From Sphingobacterium yanglingense (GTDB lineage Bacteria > Bacteroidota > Bacteroidia > Sphingobacteriales > Sphingobacteriaceae), in NCBI GenBank assembly GCA_040395455.1, contig JBEBQJ010000004.1, forward strand, positions 9,678 to 73,677: DNA of 64,000 nucleotides, written 5' to 3'. The translations under genes and the position numbers were made by a program. The number at the start of each line of letters is the position of its first letter. Position 1 is the first letter of the stretch. Under the pieces are notes generated by a model. That model was not told the origin of the DNA. It saw nothing but the letters and a program-made list of their open reading frames with translations, and made no database searches. Below are positions 55,629 through 63,179 of the stretch, piece by piece.

Positions 55629-58205
55629 ATGAGACTGTGCGCGCTACTGATATACATATTTTTAGTTCTATCCTGCCGCGAACCTATCGCAACGATTGAC
55701 AAAAATGCTTCATCTACTTTTACAGAAGATCAGTTAGACTCTATCTTTGAAGCTTTTGAAGCTATTGCATATGAACAACCAGAGATCTATGTCAATAACC
55801 CAGACTCTCTTCTCAATAGCCTACCAGCGCCTGCCAATAGCTCATATCAAAAAGAAATGTATGCCTACGGTCTTATATTTATGGGATATAGCCTTCTCAT
55901 GCAGGGCGATAATTTAGAAAGCATCAAATATTACGAAAAATCCTACAACTACGTCAAAGCCAATAAAGTAAAAATAGATAACATCAATACTGACATTATA
56001 AAACCACTAGCAAATCTATACGTCAGAATTAACGATACACAAAAATCTATAAGTCTTCTACGTACCGCACTATCAGAAAGTAAAGACAACAACGAAATTG
56101 TAGGCTTAAGCAACAACTTAGCCAATGCGTATTTATACAATGGCGAGTTGGACAGCGCCAAAACCGTTGTATTCAGAGTAATAGAATATTCGACTAGCAC
56201 CCTATCCAGTGCATTATTATATAACACTTTAGCCTCTATATACGAGGAGGATCGAAATAAAAAAGAAAGCACTTATTACAACCAACTTGCTTTGAGGGAT
56301 TTTGAGAAAAACCAGCTCAAAGGGGACACACTGCTTTGGTATATCGCTGCTTTAGGATTAAAAGGAACTTTAGAAAAAGACAATAGATATGTCGACAAGG
56401 CACTAACCATTGTAGAAAAAAACTTTCCAAATGAACAAAATAGATTCAAAGCTAAACTCGCTCTCGCGAGAGGTGATATCCTATCCGAACAAAAACATTA
56501 TAATGCAGCGCTCACAGCATATGAAAATACACTTTCATACTTCAAATCTGAAAGCAGAGCATACGTACTCGATTACACCTATACCCAAGCCTTATTGGGA
56601 AAAGCAAACTTGTTTGCCTCCCAAGAACAGATAGACTCTGCATTGCACTATTACGAATGGGCAATAGAAAATGACTTTCGAACCCAACAACTGATTATAA
56701 GTACAAGAGACCAGTTGCGAAACAATATACTCAATAAAGAGACCATCGAAAAAATTGTAGAATTAGTACAACGCAACGCTGGACTAAGCAAGAGAAAAGA
56801 GGTTGTCCAACAGCTACTTTGGTGCATTGAGCTGAGTAAAGGCCGCTTACTCATCAATGAAATCAATCGCTCAGAAAGTTGGAGTAATGCGTCAGAAAAA
56901 ACTAAAACGGGCATACAGACTATTCGCAACATCTATCATAAAATAGATATCTCTATCGATTCAAATGAAAAGAAACAACTATCGGAACAGCTAAAAAAAG
57001 TAATGATAGAATTTGAACTTTCCGAAAAACACTTTGAGGCGATACAGTTTGAACCCCAAAAAGCAAGTTTCCTTAAACATTTAAATAGGCCCAACTCCGA
57101 CTTTTATGCCTATTTCGTACACAATGACAGTAGTGTAAGTATAATCCATAAATCTGGGCAGGAATTTTCGTTCAAACAAAAATCCTCTTCCGCTCCCCTA
57201 CGTAATCTTTTGTCTTTTAAAAATAAATACTTTGGAGACAGCCCAAACAATTACAATCAAAATCCTGAGGAATACAAGCAAGAAGCACAACACCTAGCAC
57301 GCGAGCTGTTGCCAAAGATTGAAAATGCGCAACGCAATATATTTATCTCTTTAGATGCCCAACTATACGGTTTTCCATTTGATGCCTTGTGTGACGACGA
57401 TTTTTTAGTCAAGAAACACAACTTTGCTTACTTGAACTCCTTTTTACTTTTTGATTTCCTCACCAATAAAACAATAGAAGAATCGAACATAACCGTACTT
57501 TATCGTTCACAGTATCCACTTCCGCTTCCTAATCTGCAATTTGTAGACAATGAGGTAGAACGCATTTACGATTCCTTTTCGACAAAAAAGATTGGCCCAA
57601 AGGAACAAAATGACTCCACTATTCGTGAACAGTTTGCTCTACCTAATATCGTTCACATTGCTGCCCACACCATTCTAGATACCAGTGCAGCACCTGTGAT
57701 ATATTTAAATCAGGCTATTTCAACCAATCAACTTCGTTTTTACGAAATGAAAACACCTTTAGTGTTTCTTTCGGCCTGTAACACGGGATACGGTAGGCCA
57801 TTACCCTCAGAAGGCACAGAAAGTATACAACGTGTATTTTTGAGTAAGAACGTACCTTCTGTAATATCTACATTCTGGTTTGCCAACGATCAGACTATGT
57901 TGGACCTCACTACCTCTTTTTATAAAGAACTCCACCAAACCGCAGACCCCATCTCTGCCTTAGGCGAAGCCAAACGAACGTACTTACAATCTGCAGCCGC
58001 AGTGGAACAAAACCCTTGGTATTGGGCAAATATAAACTATACAGGTATAGGAAATAAAATAGGTTTGAAGCAATCTTCAAACCTAATGTATTACACTTGG
58101 GGAATGGCTATACTAATCTTGTTAGCCCTCCAATACCCCCTTAAATTATGGCTTTACAAAACGGTCAAATATAAAGACAAAAAAACCCATAATAAAGCCA
58201 AATAA
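55629..58205 (+). CDS. Lipoprotein with TPR-like repeats, a CHAT (caspase-like) protease domain and a C-terminal TM helix
   Basis: It has a lipobox (IFLVLSC-REP) and ~450 aa of TPR-like helical repeats. The CHAT dyad context is NIVHIAAHT (His680, 57666-57668) and LVFLSACNTGYG (Cys717, 57777-57779). A C-terminal hydrophobic helix (WGMAILILLALQYPL) is followed by a Lys-rich tail. Confidence 0.8.
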   Translation: MRLCALLIYIFLVLSCREPIATIDKNASSTFTEDQLDSIFEAFEAIAYEQPEIYVNNPDSLLNSLPAPANSSYQKEMYAYGLIFMGYSLLMQGDNLESIKYYEKSYNYVKANKVKIDNINTDIIKPLANLYVRINDTQKSISLLRTALSESKDNNEIVGLSNNLANAYLYNGELDSAKTVVFRVIEYSTSTLSSALLYNTLASIYEEDRNKKESTYYNQLALRDFEKNQLKGDTLLWYIAALGLKGTLEKDNRYVDKALTIVEKNFPNEQNRFKAKLALARGDILSEQKHYNAALTAYENTLSYFKSESRAYVLDYTYTQALLGKANLFASQEQIDSALHYYEWAIENDFRTQQLIISTRDQLRNNILNKETIEKIVELVQRNAGLSKRKEVVQQLLWCIELSKGRLLINEINRSESWSNASEKTKTGIQTIRNIYHKIDISIDSNEKKQLSEQLKKVMIEFELSEKHFEAIQFEPQKASFLKHLNRPNSDFYAYFVHNDSSVSIIHKSGQEFSFKQKSSSAPLRNLLSFKNKYFGDSPNNYNQNPEEYKQEAQHLARELLPKIENAQRNIFISLDAQLYGFPFDALCDDDFLVKKHNFAYLNSFLLFDFLTNKTIEESNITVLYRSQYPLPLPNLQFVDNEVERIYDSFSTKKIGPKEQNDSTIREQFALPNIVHIAAHTILDTSAAPVIYLNQAISTNQLRFYEMKTPLVFLSACNTGYGRPLPSEGTESIQRVFLSKNVPSVISTFWFANDQTMLDLTTSFYKELHQTADPISALGEAKRTYLQSAAAVEQNPWYWANINYTGIGNKIGLKQSSNLMYYTWGMAILILLALQYPLKLWLYKTVKYKDKKTHNKAK

Positions 58206-58265
58206 ACTAATCTGTTTGTAGTCTTCATCGCTATACAAAGCACTATCTTCTAAATCTTCTTTCAT
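58146..58265 (-). CDS. Unannotated 39-codon ORF (acidic N-terminus, hydrophobic C-terminus)
   Basis: Hand translation gives MKEDLEDSALYSDEDYKQISLFGFIMGFFVFIFDRFVKP*. Its ATG sits 6 nt after a 37-nt leader identical to the one before the OmpA-family gene. Caveat: the hydrophobic part is antisense to the Lys-rich tail of the CHAT gene. Confidence 0.4.
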   Translation of the reverse strand: MKEDLEDSALYSDEDYKQISLFGFIMGFFVFIFDRFVKP

Positions 58266-58271
58266 AGGTAT

Positions 58272-58308
58272 TATAATTATTTCATGAGCTCGCAAGCTCG
58301 GTTTGATT
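58272..58308 (-). repeat. Copy 1 of a 37-nt conserved structured 5' leader
   Basis: Identical to 60199-60235. On the minus strand it reads AATCAAACC-GAGCT-TGCG-AGCTC-ATGAAATAATTATA. It holds a 5-bp hairpin with a UGCG loop and an ATG-AAA-TAA mini-ORF, immediately upstream of a start codon. Confidence 0.9.
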
Positions 58309-58426
58309 GTTATTAACTGTACGGTTGCTTACCAAGGTTGCCGCAGCAACCTAAGCATGCTCTACGTGCTTATATCATAGTATTAAGTATATTGACTCTC
58401 CTTTAACGTATGTCAACCTTCTTTCG

Positions 58427-60193
58427 CTACTTGACATAATCTAAAATTTTAATTTCTGTACGTCTATTTTCCTGATGTTTCTCCTCCGGGCATTCTACAC
58501 CATTACCACAATCATTTACTAATTTAGACTCACCATAACCTTTTGCTACCAATCTGGATTTAGCAATACCATTATTTACCATATAGGCTACTGCTGCCTC
58601 TGCTCGACGTTGAGAAAGTTTTAAATTATAATTGCCATCACCGCGACTATCTGTATGGCTCGACAGTTCAATCTGCAAACTAGGGTTCTGCTTCATTATC
58701 GCAACGACATTATCCAATACTAAAGCTGCATCTGAACGAATAGCACTCTTATCAAAATCGTACAAAATATTTTTCAATACCCAGCTTCCATCTTTTTCTA
58801 AGTCACATACTCCCAACTTTAAGGTAACATACAAAGTTTGGCTACGATCTAGGCCTTTTGTGGTCACTAACTCCGTTTGTGAATATTGCCCCTGTTGATT
58901 AGCCATTAATGTAAAGTCTGACTGTGGATCTAGTTGGTATATAAACTTACCTTCTCCATCCGATATTTGACTAGAGTTCACCCGGCTTCTACTATTTGTC
59001 AAAACAGTATTGATATTAGGCATATTTTGCTCTAATGCACAGTCAAAGGTCTCCCCGATTAGTGTAAAACGAGGGTCGTCGTGAAATATCTCTTTGAAAA
59101 TAACGGAACTGTTTATATTAAAATCTTCATCAGTCAAAGTCAATAGAGGTGTCTTCACACCATTTTTTTCACCGACCACACGATACAGACCACTTCTCAC
59201 ACCAACGAGCTTTGTAGCAAGTCCATTCGCATCTGTTGATGACTTTTCTGCAATATTCCCCCCTTCAATCGAAACAACCACTCCGCTCAGCGCTAGTTCC
59301 GTTTGTTTGTCACGCACCATTATTTGTACATCTTTTGTTTCGACCTTTGCTTTAACGACTTCATCATATTGATGTCTGTCAGGCGCAATTAGCACGACAT
59401 TCGTCGGTTTTGATTTAGCAAATACATACTTAATACCCACCCCGGCTTGTAGTGTCTGATGTAGCGTATTTTTCACAGCCGGCACCTCTTCATAATGGTC
59501 GAGATAGTTCTTTATAGTAGTTGAGGTCGTTATTGGATTGCTAGTAGCCACGCTCTCTTTTACCGCAAACTGACTAGGTTTACTTCCAAATTTCATCCCA
59601 AAAGTCTGTACATAATCGACATGTGCAAATAGGGCCAGATTGGCATTCAACATATAATTGAACCGTAAACCTCCCAGTCCCGCCCAGCTATTTGCTTTGT
59701 TGGTCGAGTCATTGGCTGTATATTTAATGGGATAATCATACGTTGCTCGAGTATCCGAATAACTTAAGATACGTTCATATTCAGGAAAATATTGCATCAT
59801 GATTCCTCCGCGCACGTAAGCCTCCAGATGAAATCTATCTTTTGCGAATTTATAACTAGGACCGATGGTAAAAAGGTAATCTTGGAAAAGAGCTTTATTT
59901 TTATACAACGTCGAAATATATCCGTTCTCAAAATGGAAACTATCGCTTTTGGAAAGATTATTACGAATATATCGCGCATCAATTCCTAATCCGAACATAT
60001 TTCCCTTAAAATATTTATCGATGAATAATCCTGAATAGAACCCAGCTTTTGTTTCACCAATCCCTTTGTAATTAGCGACGGGTAAACTAGCCCCTCCTTG
60101 AACCCCAATCTGAAGATCCCCCCTTTGCCCATCTTGGGCAATTGCTAGAAATGTAATTCCAAATAACACTAATGCGAGTAAAAGTTTTTTCAT
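58427..60193 (-). CDS. OmpA-family outer membrane protein (N-terminal beta-barrel, central beta-rich region, C-terminal OmpA peptidoglycan-binding domain)
   Basis: 588 aa. It has a signal peptide (LVLFGITFLAIAQ) and the C-terminal OmpA_C motif (HTDSRGDGNYNLKLSQRRAEAAVAYMVNNG...GYGESKL). Confidence 0.85.
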   Translation of the reverse strand: MKKLLLALVLFGITFLAIAQDGQRGDLQIGVQGGASLPVANYKGIGETKAGFYSGLFIDKYFKGNMFGLGIDARYIRNNLSKSDSFHFENGYISTLYKNKALFQDYLFTIGPSYKFAKDRFHLEAYVRGGIMMQYFPEYERILSYSDTRATYDYPIKYTANDSTNKANSWAGLGGLRFNYMLNANLALFAHVDYVQTFGMKFGSKPSQFAVKESVATSNPITTSTTIKNYLDHYEEVPAVKNTLHQTLQAGVGIKYVFAKSKPTNVVLIAPDRHQYDEVVKAKVETKDVQIMVRDKQTELALSGVVVSIEGGNIAEKSSTDANGLATKLVGVRSGLYRVVGEKNGVKTPLLTLTDEDFNINSSVIFKEIFHDDPRFTLIGETFDCALEQNMPNINTVLTNSRSRVNSSQISDGEGKFIYQLDPQSDFTLMANQQGQYSQTELVTTKGLDRSQTLYVTLKLGVCDLEKDGSWVLKNILYDFDKSAIRSDAALVLDNVVAIMKQNPSLQIELSSHTDSRGDGNYNLKLSQRRAEAAVAYMVNNGIAKSRLVAKGYGESKLVNDCGNGVECPEEKHQENRRTEIKILDYVK

Positions 60194-60198
60194 ATGTA

Positions 60199-60235
60199 TA
60201 TAATTATTTCATGAGCTCGCAAGCTCGGTTTGATT
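60199..60235 (-). repeat. Copy 2 of the 37-nt conserved structured 5' leader
   Basis: Identical to 58272-58308. It ends 5 nt upstream of the OmpA-family ATG at 60193. Confidence 0.9.
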
Positions 60236-60489
60236 TTCAGTTGTCATTAACTTGTCCCGACTTGTCGGGATGGAATATCCAAACTATATTCTTCCGTGTC
60301 TGTGTAGCCATTGCTACATGGATATTTCATATTTCTTTCTTTTTCAGTTTACAATTCAGGCTACTTCCTCACTTAGAACCGCCCCTTTGTTGATATATCA
60401 GGGCGATTTCTTTTTTGTTACCCATGAAATGAAAGAAAATCCACATTTTTTTTTCCTAACTTGCGACTTTCAAAAACTATATCATTGAT

Positions 60490-61557
60490 ATGAGCGCGAC
60501 AGACCAAATTTCAATTCGCGTAGAGCCAACTAAAGAATCAAGACTCTCGCAAGTAGACTTTAACAATTTAAAATTCGGACAGATTATGTCAGACCACATG
60601 CTCGTGGCCGAATACAATAACGGAGAATGGACAGATGTCAGTATCCAGCCTTACGGTGATATCGCTGTCAGTCCATCTATGTCTGCCCTACATTATGGCC
60701 AAGCCATATTTGAAGGGGTAAAAGGCTACAAATTTGACAATGGTACAGTAAGTATTTTTCGCCCTGACAAAAACTGGGAGCGTTTTAACAAATCTGCTTC
60801 ACGCTTACAAATGCCTGAAGTTCCAGAAGAAATATTTTTAGGAGGTCTAAAGAAATTATTAGATATAGACCGTAATTGGATTCCTTCAAAAGAAGGCACA
60901 GCATTATATATACGCCCGTTTATGTTTGCGACAGAAGCAGCTCTAGGCGTACATCCTTCTATATCTTACAAATTTATAATAATAACCTGTCCAGTAGGCG
61001 CTTACTATAGCAAGCCTATTTCCCTAAAAGTAGAGACACACTACACCCGTGCTGCTGAAGGAGGTGTCGGTTTCTCAAAGAATGCGGGTAACTATGCACT
61101 CTCTTTGTATCCAACACAATTGGCCAATGATGAAGGCTATGACCAAATTATGTGGACAGATGCTGCAGAGCATAAGTATATAGAAGAGGCAGGAACAGCC
61201 AATTTGATATTCCGTATCGGAGATACAATAATAACACCTCATGGTGACACAATCTTACATGGAGTAACCCGTCGTACTATTATGGAACTAGCCGAAAAAT
61301 GGGGCTACAAAACCGAACAGCGAAAAGTATCTGTACAAGAGCTTATCGAAGGCATCAAAAATGGCACGGTTACAGAAGCTTTTGCCGCGGGAACGGCAGC
61401 TACAATCACACATATAGACCGTATTGGATTCAGTGGACAAGACTACACTTTACCTCCAGTGGAAGGCCGTGAATTTTCATTAAAGGTTTTAGATTATCTA
61501 AATCAGTTGCGTTACGGCAGAATTGAAGATCCATTTGGTTGGAACTTTATCGTATAA
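60490..61557 (+). CDS. ilvE: Branched-chain amino acid aminotransferase
   Basis: 355-aa class IV aminotransferase pattern (LHYGQAIFEGVKGY, RPDKNWERFNKSASRLQMP, ALYIRPFMFATE, GNYALSL). Confidence 0.9.
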   Translation: MSATDQISIRVEPTKESRLSQVDFNNLKFGQIMSDHMLVAEYNNGEWTDVSIQPYGDIAVSPSMSALHYGQAIFEGVKGYKFDNGTVSIFRPDKNWERFNKSASRLQMPEVPEEIFLGGLKKLLDIDRNWIPSKEGTALYIRPFMFATEAALGVHPSISYKFIIITCPVGAYYSKPISLKVETHYTRAAEGGVGFSKNAGNYALSLYPTQLANDEGYDQIMWTDAAEHKYIEEAGTANLIFRIGDTIITPHGDTILHGVTRRTIMELAEKWGYKTEQRKVSVQELIEGIKNGTVTEAFAAGTAATITHIDRIGFSGQDYTLPPVEGREFSLKVLDYLNQLRYGRIEDPFGWNFIV

Positions 61558-61585
61558 CAACTTTTTACGCAAGAGAGTTAAAAAC

Positions 61586-61617
61586 AAAGAGCAAAGATGT
61601 CTTATTCTTTGCTCTTT
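61586..61617. terminator. Bidirectional terminator hairpin between ilvE and miaA
   Basis: AAAGAGCAAAGA-tgtcttat-TCTTTGCTCTTT forms a perfect 12-bp stem. It overlaps the miaA stop codon. Confidence 0.7.
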
Positions 61618-62533
61618 ATCTTTCAATTCTAGCTTCTACAAATGCAACAATCTCATCTTGGTCCTTGGGATGAAACCAACTGGTATCCCCATACTTTTTG
61701 AACCAGGTAATTTGTCTCTTCGCGTAACGTCTTGAATTTTGTTTTATTTTTTCTACTGCTTCTTCCTTGGATAATTTTCCATCGAAATAATTAAACATCT
61801 CTGCATAACCTACGGTAAGCAAGGCAGGTTTGTCACGATGGGGAAATAGTCTCCTCACTTCTTCCTCCAGCCCCGCGTCAAGCATTTTGTCGACACGTAG
61901 ATTGATACGTTCATAGAGCTCGCTCCGCTCCATGTTAAGTCCAACTGTCACTACGTCAAAAAAACGTTTACCTACTTTATTCTTCTGATAGTAGGACATA
62001 GGATTCCCTGTTGCTTCGTACACCTCAAGAGCGCGTATCACACGTTGGGGATTATCAATATCTGCCACCTGATAATATGCCGGATCCACTTCCAAAAGCC
62101 GTTGTTTCAATACTTCAAGTCCTTCTTCCACAAACTGACTATTTAATCGCTCGCGAACCCCTTCAGGCGCTTTCGGCAAATCATCGAGTCCCTCTGTCAG
62201 GGCTCTAACGAATAGCCCCGATCCGCCGACAGCAATCACTACATCGTTTTTATCGAAAAGCTCGGTTAACAACCGTATTGCGTCTCTTTCATAATCACCT
62301 GCAGAATACTCTTGTTCTATCGAATGGGAGTCAATAAAATGATGAGCCACGGAATTTAGCTCGTCCAAATCTGGTTTAGCGGTACCAATAGACATCTCTC
62401 GGTAAAATTGTCTGGAGTCGGCAGACAATACTTCTGTACCAAAATGTTTAGCTAAAAAAATAGCCGTAGCGGTCTTCCCTACGGCTGTAGGACCAACCAC
62501 TACGACTAGTGTCTTTTTTCTTTTTACAGCCAC
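61616..62533 (-). CDS. miaA: tRNA dimethylallyltransferase
   Basis: 305 aa with a P-loop (VVVGPTAVGKTATA), then SADSRQFYREMSIGTAKP and YAKRQITWF. Confidence 0.92.
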   Translation of the reverse strand: MAVKRKKTLVVVVGPTAVGKTATAIFLAKHFGTEVLSADSRQFYREMSIGTAKPDLDELNSVAHHFIDSHSIEQEYSAGDYERDAIRLLTELFDKNDVVIAVGGSGLFVRALTEGLDDLPKAPEGVRERLNSQFVEEGLEVLKQRLLEVDPAYYQVADIDNPQRVIRALEVYEATGNPMSYYQKNKVGKRFFDVVTVGLNMERSELYERINLRVDKMLDAGLEEEVRRLFPHRDKPALLTVGYAEMFNYFDGKLSKEEAVEKIKQNSRRYAKRQITWFKKYGDTSWFHPKDQDEIVAFVEARIER

Positions 62534-62539
62534 TATAGC

Positions 62540-63130
62540 TTAATAATCCTCTTCACCACTACCGAACTCTGATTGTCCTCCTTCTTCTCCTTCTTCATCT
62601 TCTCCATCACCATCCAAGGTATCATAATCATCATCCTCGTCTACTCCATACTCCTCTGTAATCTCTTCCTCTACATACTCATCTTCTTCCTCCTCGCTAG
62701 CCACTGGGAAATTTGCTGCTGCAATCATCTTCGGAGCCTGCCCCACCGATTTAAAAATAGCAGGATACTCTTTGCCGTCTTCTTCCTTCAAAATCTTTAT
62801 CAATTCGACATGGAAATCGTAAGGACGCTCAAAATTATAGATATAATAAAATTTCTGATGTGGATCATCGATAAACTTACTCAATCGTATATCTTCCATC
62901 AAGAGCACTCCACTATCGAGTTTACGTTGAGTGGGCAGAAGCGCAATTTCGGTTCCTTTTTTCCATTGATCATTACTCACATAAAAAGAAGAAGAAGCAT
63001 CTACTTCGTATCCCGTACTCTTGTGAATTTCTTGATGCAATTCCACAAATGTACTTTTTGAAGGCATATCGATGTCCCGATATACATCTTCATAATCTTC
63101 AAATGTTACTCTAAATCTATAAATTGCCAT
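62540..63130 (-). CDS. PRiA4b-ORF3-like (MM3350-like) domain protein with an extremely acidic C-terminal tail
   Basis: IYRFRVTFEDYEDVYRDIDMPSKSTFVELHQEIHKSTGYE resembles the N-terminal pattern of the PRiA4_ORF3 family. The last ~55 aa are almost entirely D/E/G/Y. The start is taken at the ATG at 63130. Confidence 0.45.
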   Translation of the reverse strand: MAIYRFRVTFEDYEDVYRDIDMPSKSTFVELHQEIHKSTGYEVDASSSFYVSNDQWKKGTEIALLPTQRKLDSGVLLMEDIRLSKFIDDPHQKFYYIYNFERPYDFHVELIKILKEEDGKEYPAIFKSVGQAPKMIAAANFPVASEEEEDEYVEEEITEEYGVDEDDDYDTLDGDGEDEEGEEGGQSEFGSGEEDY

Positions 63131-63179
63131 AATCAAAATTGAGAACAAGCTTACGCTTATCCAAATGTAAAAATATAAA

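Noticed and set aside
60380-60420. Hairpin CGCCC-(16 nt)-GGGCG followed by ATTTCTTTTTTG, ~85 nt upstream of ilvE. I considered it as a BCAA attenuator, with an ATG-AAA-TGA mini-ORF at 60423.
   Set aside because: The stem is only 5 bp with a large loop. There is no Leu/Ile/Val-rich leader peptide and no identifiable upstream promoter. The evidence is too weak to call.
60172-60488. 73-aa and 78-aa plus-strand ORFs, and a hand-found 27-codon minus-strand uORF (60247-60330), between the OmpA-family gene and ilvE.
   Set aside because: They have no motifs and an atypical Cys/Phe-rich composition. The region is better explained as a leader/promoter region containing hairpins. The uORF has no supporting repeat or conservation evidence available here.
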